Source of the DNA: Flavobacteriales bacterium
GTDB lineage: Bacteria > Bacteroidota > Bacteroidia > Flavobacteriales_D > Parvicellaceae
Direction: 5' to 3'
Length of the DNA: 64,000 bases
NCBI GenBank assembly: GCA_038108155.1
Contig: JAYNHP010000002.1
Span: 1,067-65,066 of the forward strand
Both the position numbers and the translations under genes were made by a program. Of this stretch, positions 1 through 8,958 are shown in pieces (position 1 is the first letter of the stretch; every line of letters begins with the position of its first letter). Below the pieces are notes generated by a model. It ran no database searches and was not told the origin of the DNA. It saw nothing but the letters and a program-made list of their open reading frames with translations.

Positions 1-1
1 A

Positions 2-2350
2 GAAATTGCTCAAAAATTTGGATTTCCATTATGTATTAGACCTTCTTACACACTTGGTGGTTCTGGGGCTTCATTTGTTCACAGTGAAAAAGATTTTGAC
101 TCTTTATTAAATAGAGGACTTCATGCTTCACCAATTCATGAAGTAATGATAGATAAGGCAGTAATTGGATGGAAAGAGTTTGAGTTAGAATTATTAAGAG
201 ATAAAAATGATAATGTTACAATAATTTGCTCTATTGAAAATATGGACCCCATGGGAATTCATACTGGTGATTCTATAACAGTTGCTCCAGCCATGACCTT
301 AAGCGATAAAACATATCAGAAAATGCGTGATATGGCTATTAAAATGATGAGAGCCATTGGAGATTTTGCTGGTGGATGTAACGTTCAATTTGCTGTTAGT
401 GATGACGAAAATGAAGATATAATTGCTATCGAAATAAATCCTAGAGTTAGTCGATCTTCCGCATTAGCTTCCAAAGCTACAGGATACCCGATTGCAAAAA
501 TAGCTGCAAAACTTGCTATTGGTTATACATTAGATGAGTTAGATAATCAAATTACAAAATCCACATCTGCTTTTTTTGAGCCTACTTTAGATTATGTTAT
601 TGTTAAAATCCCAAGATGGAATTTTAATAAGTTCAAGGGTTCTGATAGAAAGTTGGGTCTTCAAATGAAATCTGTAGGTGAGGTAATGGGAATAGGAAGG
701 TCTTTTCAGGAAGCTTTACAAAAAGCCTGTCAATCTTTAGAGATAAATAGAAATGGTCTTGGAGCTGATGGAAAAGAGATAAAGAATCAAAATGAAATAT
801 TGAAAAGCTTGGAGTTTCCAAGTTGGAATAGGTTATTTCATATTTACGATGCAATTAAGTTAGGAATACCCTTTAAAAAGATTCAAGAAAAAACACGAAT
901 TGATGATTGGTTTTTAAGACAAATTCAAGAATTACTAGCTATTGAAGATAAGATTGAAGCATTCGATATTAACAATTTACCTAAGGAATTATTATTTGAA
1001 GCGAAACAAAAAGGTTATGCAGATAGACAAATTGGTCATTTACTTGGTTGCTTAGAAAGTGAAGTGTTCAAGAAAAGACATGATTTAGGAATTAAAAGAG
1101 TTTACAAATTAGTAGATACGTGTGCTGCTGAATTTAGAGCAGAAACACCTTATTTTTATTCAACTTTTGAGCAAGAAAACGAATCTATTGTTACCAATAA
1201 ACCAAAAGTAATTGTTCTCGGATCTGGACCTAATAGAATTGGTCAAGGAATTGAATTTGATTATTGTTGTGTTCATGGTGTATTAGCTGCAAAAGAATGT
1301 GGCTATGAGACCATTATGATAAATTGTAATCCAGAAACTGTATCGACAGATTTTGATACTGCCGATAAACTTTACTTTGAACCTGTTTTTTGGGAACATA
1401 TCTACGATATTATACTTCACGAAAAACCAGTTGGAGTTATTGTTCAACTTGGAGGTCAAACAGCTTTAAAACTTGCGGAGAAATTATCTAGATATGGTAT
1501 AAAAGTTCTTGGAACTTCTTACGAGGCTCTTGACTTGGCTGAAGACAGAGGAAGTTTTTCAAATCTATTAAAGGATAATAATATCCCTTATCCAAAATTT
1601 GGAGTTGTAGAGTCTGCTGAACAAGCCTTAGAGCTCTCCAAAGACTTGGGTTTTCCTTTGCTTGTTAGACCTAGTTATGTTTTAGGTGGAATGAAGATGA
1701 AGATTGTCATTAATGAAGAAGACTTAGAACATCATGTGGTCGATATACTAAAGGATATGCCAGATAATCAAATCCTTCTAGATCATTTTTTAGACGGGGC
1801 TATTGAGGCAGAAGCAGATGCTATTTGTGATGGTGACAATGTTAAAATTATTGGTATCATGCAACATATTGAGCCTGCTGGGATACATTCAGGCGACTCT
1901 TATGCTCTTTTACCACCTTATAATTTAGGTGATTTTATTATTCAACAAATTGAGGAATATACCCATACAATAGCAAAAGCATTAAAAACAGTTGGATTAA
2001 TAAATATACAGTTTGCTATTAAAAATGATACTGTTTATATAATTGAAGCTAATCCTAGAGCTTCAAGAACGGTTCCATTTATTGCAAAAGCATATAAAGA
2101 ACCATATGTAAATTATGCTACCAAAGTAATGCTGGGTAAAAAGAAAATAAAAGACTTTGATTTTAAACCAGAAAAAAATGGTTATGCTATAAAAATTCCA
2201 GTTTTTTCATTTGATAAATTTCCAAATGTAAATAAAGAATTAGGCCCTGAAATGAAATCAACTGGAGAAGCAATAAGATTTATCAAAGACTTGAAGGATC
2301 CCTTCTTTAGAAAGATATATTCTGAAAGAAACTTATACTTAAGTAAGTAA
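2..2350 (+). CDS. carB: carbamoyl-phosphate synthase large subunit (5' end outside window)
   Basis: The frame is open from base 2 ([22 protein letters not shown]...), upstream of the first Met of the 146..2350 ORF. ATP-grasp motifs are present, including the second synthetase module [23 protein letters not shown] and [12 protein letters not shown]. The protein ends about 25 aa after MKSTGEA. Confidence 0.95.
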   Translation, partial: EIAQKFGFPLCIRPSYTLGGSGASFVHSEKDFDSLLNRGLHASPIHEVMIDKAVIGWKEFELELLRDKNDNVTIICSIENMDPMGIHTGDSITVAPAMTLSDKTYQKMRDMAIKMMRAIGDFAGGCNVQFAVSDDENEDIIAIEINPRVSRSSALASKATGYPIAKIAAKLAIGYTLDELDNQITKSTSAFFEPTLDYVIVKIPRWNFNKFKGSDRKLGLQMKSVGEVMGIGRSFQEALQKACQSLEINRNGLGADGKEIKNQNEILKSLEFPSWNRLFHIYDAIKLGIPFKKIQEKTRIDDWFLRQIQELLAIEDKIEAFDINNLPKELLFEAKQKGYADRQIGHLLGCLESEVFKKRHDLGIKRVYKLVDTCAAEFRAETPYFYSTFEQENESIVTNKPKVIVLGSGPNRIGQGIEFDYCCVHGVLAAKECGYETIMINCNPETVSTDFDTADKLYFEPVFWEHIYDIILHEKPVGVIVQLGGQTALKLAEKLSRYGIKVLGTSYEALDLAEDRGSFSNLLKDNNIPYPKFGVVESAEQALELSKDLGFPLLVRPSYVLGGMKMKIVINEEDLEHHVVDILKDMPDNQILLDHFLDGAIEAEADAICDGDNVKIIGIMQHIEPAGIHSGDSYALLPPYNLGDFIIQQIEEYTHTIAKALKTVGLINIQFAIKNDTVYIIEANPRASRTVPFIAKAYKEPYVNYATKVMLGKKKIKDFDFKPEKNGYAIKIPVFSFDKFPNVNKELGPEMKSTGEAIRFIKDLKDPFFRKIYSERNLYLSK

Positions 2351-2391
2351 GTCTTAATTAATAATAAGTTATATTTTATTAATAAGCTTGT

Positions 2392-2399
2392 TATATTTG
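2392..2399 (+). promoter_or_regulatory. putative Bacteroidota -7 promoter box (TATATTTG) upstream of the YfhO-like gene
   Basis: TATATTTG matches TAnnTTTG and lies 18 nt upstream of the ATG at 2418. I saw no clear -33 TTTG. Confidence 0.3.
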
Positions 2400-2417
2400 A
2401 ATATATAAACTCTATTT

Positions 2418-5180
2418 ATGAATTATAATTTTAAAGAAAACTACCCTCATTTAGTAGCAGTTTTATTTTTCTTAATCGTATCTATTACTTATTTGTCACC
2501 TGTTTTAAATGGTTATGCTTTAAAGCAAGACGATATTGACAATCATAAAGGAGTAGCTAAAGAAATAAGAGATCATAGAGAAGAATATAATGAAGAGCCT
2601 TTATGGACCAATTCTATGTTTGGAGGAATGCCAGCTACACAAGTTTCTGTAAAACATGATGCAAATTTATTAAGTTACGCCCAAAAAATAATTTCACTTG
2701 GATTACCACATCCAATTAGTGTTCTTTTTTTATACTTATTAGGTTTCTACATACTTTGTATTTGTATGAGTATAAAACCTTGGTTATCTATTGTAGGATC
2801 AATTATGTTTGGTTTAAGCTCTTTCTTTTTTATTAGTTTGTCAGTAGGGCACAATTCAAAGATAATGGCAATGGCGTTTATGCCAATGATTCTTGGGGCA
2901 TTTATATATTCCTATAGGAAAAAAGCTATTGTAGGTTCCATATTAATGGCTTTGTTTCTTGGTTTAGAGTTGAAATCTAATCATGTTCAAATTACCTATT
3001 ACACCTTCATGATTTTGATTCCTCTAGGATTTAGTGAGCTAATTAGATTTTATAAAGCCAAAAGAATGCCTTCATTTTTTAAAACTACAGGTTTGTTAGT
3101 TGTTGCTGGTTTATTAGCAGTTATGTGTAATTCTGGAAATTTATTTATGACTTACGACTATTTACCTGATTCTCAAAGAGGCCCATCCGAGCTAACCTCA
3201 AAAACCCTTGGGGATAATGAAAAGGCTAAAACAGGTGGCTTAGACATCAATTATATGACCAATTGGAGCTACGGAGTTGGTGAAAGTTTAAATTTTATAA
3301 TTCCTAATGTCAAGGGAGGTGGCTCAGGCCCTTACTTGTTAGACGAAAATTTAATGGAAAATAATAATGTGAGCACTAGACTAAAGAATTTTGTTAAAGA
3401 TGCTTATCAAAAAGGATGGACTATAAGTTCTTATTGGGGTAACCAGCCTTCAACTGCTGGTCCGGTTTATATTGGTGCTACTATCTTTGTTTTATTTTTT
3501 CTTGGTCTTTTCTTTTTAAGAGATAGGATAAAGTGGCCTCTATTTTTTATACTATTAATTTCAATCTTTCTATCCTGGGGACACAACTGGATGTTTCTAA
3601 CCAAATTATTTGCTGATTTTTTCCCTGGTTATTCAAAATTTAGATCAGTTACTATGATTTTAGTCATAGCAGAACTAATCCTTCCTCTAATAGGAATACT
3701 ATGGTTGTTTCAGTTAATTGAAAAAAAATCAGATTTTTTGAATAAAGAAGTAGATTTAAAATTTACAAAAATTGAAAACCTAAATTTATTTTATATACTT
3801 TGCTCAATTACAATCCTATTCTTTTTGAGTTTGGTAATTAGTCCAGATTTATTTCTAAATTTTATATCGCAAAATGAACAACAAATAATTAATCAATTAT
3901 CCGTGATGGATCCTCAAACTGGATCTTATGTAAGTGAGTTAATTGATTTCAGAATCGGCATTCTTTCTCAAGATGCTTTACGTTCTTTGATTTTGGTTTC
4001 CATAGTTTTATTATTTCTATTCTTATTTATAAAAAATAAAATATCAAAGCACATTTTAATTGTTTCTATTGGGTTGACAGTTATGTTCGATATGTGGGGT
4101 GTTAGTAAAAGATATTTGAACAATAATGACCATTCAGATCTTGAAACACAGCTTACTAGACAAAGTGGATTAAAGTATTGGCAAGATTATGAGCTTAAGT
4201 TTTATCCACATTCTCCCAAAGCTGCCGATTTGGCAATTAGAGATTATGAAATTGCTCAAAATAATGATTTAAGACTAGGTGTTCAAAACACAATGAGAGA
4301 TGTCTTAAATGAGTTTGAAGACAGTGATTATAGAAATAGAATTGCCAATATTCAATCTTTTAAAGCTCTTAACTTAAACACCAATTACCGTGTTTTAGAA
4401 ATGGGTAATCCTCTTAACACTGCTAGAACCTCCTTTCTTCATAAATCTATTGGAGGATATTCAGCAGTTAAAGTTAAGAGAGTCCAAGAACTTATTGATT
4501 TCTATTTTCAAAAAGAGTATAATAATTTGAATAATTCTTTGAAGAGCAATGAGTTTGATTTACTAAAATCAAATCATTTCTTTAATATGCTAAATACAAA
4601 GTATTATATTTTTAATCCAGAAGGCAATGCTGTTGTAGATTTTGTGAATCCAAATAGGGACAAAACTCCGGGAGTTTTAAAAAATCCATATACATTAGGA
4701 AATGCTTGGACAGTCAAAGAAATTAAATGGGTCCCTAATGCTGATGCAGAAATTTCCTTTTTAAACGATTCCTCTTTTGACCCATCCAATATTGCTGTAA
4801 TTGATGAAAGGTATAAGGATATAATTGGAGATGTTTCCATGTCAGGAACTTCTGAAGTTAATCTTTTAAGTTACAGAGCAAATCAGTTAGAATATCAGAT
4901 ACAATCCCAGTCTGAAGAGTTAATTGTTTTTTCGGAAGTTTTTTACGATAAGGGATGGAAAGCTTTTGTAGATGGAGTTGAAACTCCTCATGTAAGAATA
5001 AATTATATTTTAAGAGGATTGAAAGTTAGTTCTGGAACTCACCAAATTTTATTTAAGTACGATTTACCAATTTTTAAGTACGCTTCAATAGTTTCATTTT
5101 CAAGTTCAATTATTGTACTTCTTTTATTTCTATTAATGTTGTTTTTTAAATTAAAGGAAAGACAATTCCCAGAAATATGA
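2418..5180 (+). CDS. large polytopic membrane protein, YfhO-like (GT-C-type glycosyltransferase-like)
   Basis: 920 aa with many hydrophobic helices across the N-terminal ~560 aa, a large soluble C-terminal region and a terminal TM helix. The N-terminus (PHLVAVLFFLIVSITYLSPVLNG...DDIDNHKG) resembles Bacteroidota YfhO-family proteins from memory; not searched. Confidence 0.6.
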   Translation: MNYNFKENYPHLVAVLFFLIVSITYLSPVLNGYALKQDDIDNHKGVAKEIRDHREEYNEEPLWTNSMFGGMPATQVSVKHDANLLSYAQKIISLGLPHPISVLFLYLLGFYILCICMSIKPWLSIVGSIMFGLSSFFFISLSVGHNSKIMAMAFMPMILGAFIYSYRKKAIVGSILMALFLGLELKSNHVQITYYTFMILIPLGFSELIRFYKAKRMPSFFKTTGLLVVAGLLAVMCNSGNLFMTYDYLPDSQRGPSELTSKTLGDNEKAKTGGLDINYMTNWSYGVGESLNFIIPNVKGGGSGPYLLDENLMENNNVSTRLKNFVKDAYQKGWTISSYWGNQPSTAGPVYIGATIFVLFFLGLFFLRDRIKWPLFFILLISIFLSWGHNWMFLTKLFADFFPGYSKFRSVTMILVIAELILPLIGILWLFQLIEKKSDFLNKEVDLKFTKIENLNLFYILCSITILFFLSLVISPDLFLNFISQNEQQIINQLSVMDPQTGSYVSELIDFRIGILSQDALRSLILVSIVLLFLFLFIKNKISKHILIVSIGLTVMFDMWGVSKRYLNNNDHSDLETQLTRQSGLKYWQDYELKFYPHSPKAADLAIRDYEIAQNNDLRLGVQNTMRDVLNEFEDSDYRNRIANIQSFKALNLNTNYRVLEMGNPLNTARTSFLHKSIGGYSAVKVKRVQELIDFYFQKEYNNLNNSLKSNEFDLLKSNHFFNMLNTKYYIFNPEGNAVVDFVNPNRDKTPGVLKNPYTLGNAWTVKEIKWVPNADAEISFLNDSSFDPSNIAVIDERYKDIIGDVSMSGTSEVNLLSYRANQLEYQIQSQSEELIVFSEVFYDKGWKAFVDGVETPHVRINYILRGLKVSSGTHQILFKYDLPIFKYASIVSFSSSIIVLLLFLLMLFFKLKERQFPEI

Positions 5181-6442
5181 AAAAGGTTTTGGTCATCACT
5201 TACTATTGGCCACCTAGCGGTGGAGCAGGAGTTCAACGATGGGTTAAGTTTATAAAGTATTTTAAAGATCAAAATATTAATCCTTTTATTATAAGTGTAG
5301 ATCCAGATTTTGCTTCATATCCATTAATTGATAATTCATTAACAAAAGATATACCAGATAATACAAATGTTTATTTAACTAAAACAAATGAACCATACTC
5401 TCTTTACAAGAAAATTAATAATAATCAAACTCCTTATGCTGGTTTTGCCAATGAAGGAAGGCCTAATTTTTTTCAAAAAATAGCACGATTTATTAGAGGA
5501 AATTTTTTTATTCCAGACTCGAGAAAAGGTTGGAATAATTTTGCTTACAAAAAGGCTGTTGAGATATTAGAAAAAGAAAATATTGATACCGTAATTACTA
5601 CAAGTCCTCCGCATTCTACCCAACTTATTGGCTTAAAACTAAAAGAAACACAAAATATTAAATGGATTGCGGATCTAAGAGATCCGTGGACAGATATATA
5701 TTATTACAAATCAATGCTTCATACTAAATGGGCTAAGCAAAAAGATTTAAATTATGAAAAAAGAGTCATTGAAAAATCAGATAAAGTTGTGGTAGTTAGT
5801 GATTCTATTAAACAACTTTTATTAAATAAATCTAATCTAGTTCAAGAATCAAAAATTCACATAATTCCGAACGGCTTTGACGAAGACGATTTTTTAGTTT
5901 CATCAAAAAATAATAACAGTAAATTTTTACTTTCCTATGTTGGAACTATTACTAAAGATTATCCTTTAGACTCCATTAAAAAGTCAATTTCCAATCTCAA
6001 TATTAATCTTGAGTTTACTGGTAAAGCAGACCAACCAACCAAACATTTACTTAATGAAGTTGCTAGTTTTAATAATCATGTGAAACATAAAGAATCCATT
6101 AATCTTTTACTAGCTAGTGATATGCTCCTTTTAGTAATTCCTAAAATATCTAACAATAAAGGAATATTAACTGGAAAACTTTTCGAATATTTAGGAGCTA
6201 GAAAGCCAATTTTATGTATTGGTCCAACAGATGGTGATGCTGCTAAAATTATTAAGGAGTGCAAAGCGGGAAAAACATTTGATTATTCAGATGAAAATGG
6301 GATATATGATTTTATAGAAACTTATATGTCAAATGAATTTATATTTGAAAATAAAAATTATCTAAATTACTCAAGAAGAAACCTTACAAAAAACCTATCA
6401 AAAATTTTAACTGATATGGCAGAGAATAAAAAGCTGTTATGA
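5177..6442 (+). CDS. glycosyltransferase, GT-B fold (family 4-like)
   Basis: N-terminal VLVITYYWPPSGGAGVQRW motif and a C-terminal Rossmann half (GILTGKLFEYLGARKPILCIGP). ATGA overlap with the upstream gene. Confidence 0.75.
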   Translation: MKKVLVITYYWPPSGGAGVQRWVKFIKYFKDQNINPFIISVDPDFASYPLIDNSLTKDIPDNTNVYLTKTNEPYSLYKKINNNQTPYAGFANEGRPNFFQKIARFIRGNFFIPDSRKGWNNFAYKKAVEILEKENIDTVITTSPPHSTQLIGLKLKETQNIKWIADLRDPWTDIYYYKSMLHTKWAKQKDLNYEKRVIEKSDKVVVVSDSIKQLLLNKSNLVQESKIHIIPNGFDEDDFLVSSKNNNSKFLLSYVGTITKDYPLDSIKKSISNLNINLEFTGKADQPTKHLLNEVASFNNHVKHKESINLLLASDMLLLVIPKISNNKGILTGKLFEYLGARKPILCIGPTDGDAAKIIKECKAGKTFDYSDENGIYDFIETYMSNEFIFENKNYLNYSRRNLTKNLSKILTDMAENKKLL

Positions 6443-7602
6443 TAAATTTTGATGATACTAAACCTGTATTTGCCCATAAGTCCAACTGGGAACTAAGAAA
6501 ATCGTATTATCTTTTTTCAATCCTCCAACATTCACTTTTAGTTAAAATTGGAAGTTTATTATTGAAAATTTCATTCTTTCTGAGAATACCTATTAAGAAA
6601 CTCATAAAAATGACCATTTTTAATCAATTTTGTGGAGGAGAGAATATTCAAGATTGTTCCAAGAAAATTAATGAACTTTATGAATTTGGAATAGGTACTA
6701 TTCTAGACTACTCAGTTGAGGGAAAAGAAAATGAGTCTGATTTTGAAAAAACAAAAGAAGAAATAATTCAAACCATTCTTTTCTCAGCAAACAACAGTAA
6801 AATCCCATTTACTGTTTTCAAAATTACAGGTTTAGGTAAATCATCTTTAATTGAAAAAGCAAGTCTAGATTTTAAAAGTCTAGATGATAATGAGCTTGAA
6901 GAACTAAATTTAGTTACCAGAAGAGTAGATGAAATTTGTAAAGCTTCGAGTGAAAATAGAGTTCCTATTTTTGTAGATGCTGAAGACAGTTGGTACCAAG
7001 ATTATATTGATGATGTGGTGGAAAGTATGATTTTTAAGTACAATAATGAATTTCCAATTGTGTATAATACTATACAGCTATACCGTCACGATAGACTCCG
7101 ATATATGAAAGATTTAATTTCAAGATGTAACTCAAATGGGAAGAATCTAGGTCTAAAATTAGTTCGTGGTGCATATATGGAAAAGGAACGAGAGCAAGCA
7201 AGTAAGAAGAACTATCCAGACCCAATTCAAAAAGACAAACAAGCAACCGATAATGACTTTAACAAGGCTGTAGAGTTTTGTATTGAAAATATTAAGACTG
7301 TAAGTCTTTGTGTAGGGACCCATAACGAAAAAAGTGTTTTACATTTAACTAATCTCATGAAAAAAAAGGCATTTAAAAACAACGATTCTAGAATTTGGTT
7401 TGCCCAACTTCTTGGCATGAGTGACCATATAAGTTTTAATCTTTCAAAAGAAGGCTATAATGTTGCTAAATATGTTCCCTATGGCCCTGTGAAGGAAGTT
7501 ATTCCTTATCTTATAAGAAGAGCTGAGGAGAATACTTCGGTTTCCGGGCAAACAAGTAGAGAACTTTCTTTAATTAAAATTGAACTAGAAAGTAGGAATT
7601 AG
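6439..7602 (+). CDS. proline dehydrogenase (monofunctional PRODH family)
   Basis: Motifs LVRGAYMEKER, GTHNEKS, FAQLLGMSD and VPYGPVKEVIPYLIRRAEENTS. ATGA overlap with the upstream GT gene. Confidence 0.85.
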   Translation: MINFDDTKPVFAHKSNWELRKSYYLFSILQHSLLVKIGSLLLKISFFLRIPIKKLIKMTIFNQFCGGENIQDCSKKINELYEFGIGTILDYSVEGKENESDFEKTKEEIIQTILFSANNSKIPFTVFKITGLGKSSLIEKASLDFKSLDDNELEELNLVTRRVDEICKASSENRVPIFVDAEDSWYQDYIDDVVESMIFKYNNEFPIVYNTIQLYRHDRLRYMKDLISRCNSNGKNLGLKLVRGAYMEKEREQASKKNYPDPIQKDKQATDNDFNKAVEFCIENIKTVSLCVGTHNEKSVLHLTNLMKKKAFKNNDSRIWFAQLLGMSDHISFNLSKEGYNVAKYVPYGPVKEVIPYLIRRAEENTSVSGQTSRELSLIKIELESRN

Positions 7603-8420
7603 TCTAAGTAACTCATAGGTACTTTGGTTCCTTTTATATTTTTAGAGAAAACTCTAATAGAACCCACAAGTATCTCTGCTTCTACATAAATTGGGATTCT
7701 ATTGATATCATCACTTACAAAAACATCCATAGTCTCATTGGCTTTGAAAATAGTTCCTTCAATTAGGTTAATTTGAAAGTGGATGCAATCAATAGTTTTT
7801 TTGTTCTGATTAGTTATCTTATTCTTACCCTTGTAAATAATATTTATATTTTCGAAAACCTGTTTGTCTAAAACTATATTTAAAGGAATAGTATCGTTTT
7901 TTTGGTATGTAGTAAAGTTTATAGCTCTAGAAAAATATACAGAGCTCATGATATCAAAACTGCAATTTATTATATCTAAAGTGTCTTGTATATGTTCTTT
8001 ATCCTTGAAATCTGAAATATAAGCTAGATTTCTATCATAGTCAAAATCATACTCATAATCTAGTTTGAAATCACCTTCTCTTACCCTTCTTGTAAAGTGA
8101 AGGGGTAGTAAAGTTTTTTTTGAAATAAAGGATGCATATTTATCCCTAACTTTAAAAAACCAATCATAGTTTTTCAAGGTTCTTCCTTTTCCTTCTAAAT
8201 ATAGACATGGTTGATTTTTATATATTGAATCTTCTACTTTGAACCTTACTTTACCAGCAGAAACCCATGTTTTGCTCATTAAATATTCAATATCATATAT
8301 AACTTCTTCACCAGCAATGAATGGAAGATTATTGGAAATGCAGTTTGTTTGGGCCGATAAATCAAAGACTAATAAAACAAATAAATATTTAAATAAATTA
8401 TTCAGCTGTTTTATTAACAA
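7599..8420 (-). CDS. DUF3108-like exported protein
   Basis: Signal peptide (LFVLLVFDLSAQ) followed by GEEVIYDIEY...AGKVRFKV, typical of DUF3108. The stop codon overlaps the stop of the convergent PRODH gene. Confidence 0.6.
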   Translation of the reverse strand: MLIKQLNNLFKYLFVLLVFDLSAQTNCISNNLPFIAGEEVIYDIEYLMSKTWVSAGKVRFKVEDSIYKNQPCLYLEGKGRTLKNYDWFFKVRDKYASFISKKTLLPLHFTRRVREGDFKLDYEYDFDYDRNLAYISDFKDKEHIQDTLDIINCSFDIMSSVYFSRAINFTTYQKNDTIPLNIVLDKQVFENINIIYKGKNKITNQNKKTIDCIHFQINLIEGTIFKANETMDVFVSDDINRIPIYVEAEILVGSIRVFSKNIKGTKVPMSYLD

Positions 8421-8949
8421 AAGCAGTTATTTTAAGAATTGTATTTTCAGGGGATGTGTTTGCAGAAACCGTAACAGTTTTAGTTTGCTTGCTACCAGCT
8501 TGACCTTTAGATGGTCTAAAAACAACATCAATTTTACCACTTTCACCAGGAAGAATTGGTTCTTTTGGCCAGTTAGGTACAGTACATCCACAAGATCCTT
8601 TCGCATTTGAGATTTTAAGAGGTTCATTTCCTGAGTTTTTAAAGGTAAATGAGTATTTATTCTCAGAATTAACCTCCACATTTCCAAATTCGTGAAGATC
8701 GGTTGTGAATTTAATTGCTGTTTTAGGTAATTTTGAAGAGCCATCCATTGTAGGAGTAAATGGATTTTCTCGCATGTTTTTTTCTACATTGTCTATATTT
8801 CTTTTGGCTGCAGGATCAGGAGATATGTATGTTTTATTTGGTGATTTAGAGAAAATATCCTCATTATCAGTTGTTGAAGTTAGACTGTAAAGAGAAATGA
8901 AAAATGCAAATAAAGAAATTGCAATTGCTATATTAGACTTGTCTTTCAT
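8398..8949 (-). CDS. DUF1573 domain protein (membrane-anchored or exported)
   Basis: N-terminal hydrophobic anchor and a C-terminal FGNV..G....F.F.N.G...L.I....SCGCT.P.W....I.PG..G.I pattern characteristic of DUF1573. Confidence 0.7.
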   Translation of the reverse strand: MKDKSNIAIAISLFAFFISLYSLTSTTDNEDIFSKSPNKTYISPDPAAKRNIDNVEKNMRENPFTPTMDGSSKLPKTAIKFTTDLHEFGNVEVNSENKYSFTFKNSGNEPLKISNAKGSCGCTVPNWPKEPILPGESGKIDVVFRPSKGQAGSKQTKTVTVSANTSPENTILKITAFVNKTAE

Positions 8950-8958
8950 AACTAAATT

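Noticed and set aside
8239-8890. Three overlapping alternative-frame ORFs (8239..8610 +, 8427..8744 -, 8705..8890 +) across the DUF3108/DUF1573 genes.
   Set aside because: All lie within better-supported genes that have signal peptides and family motifs. None has motifs of its own.
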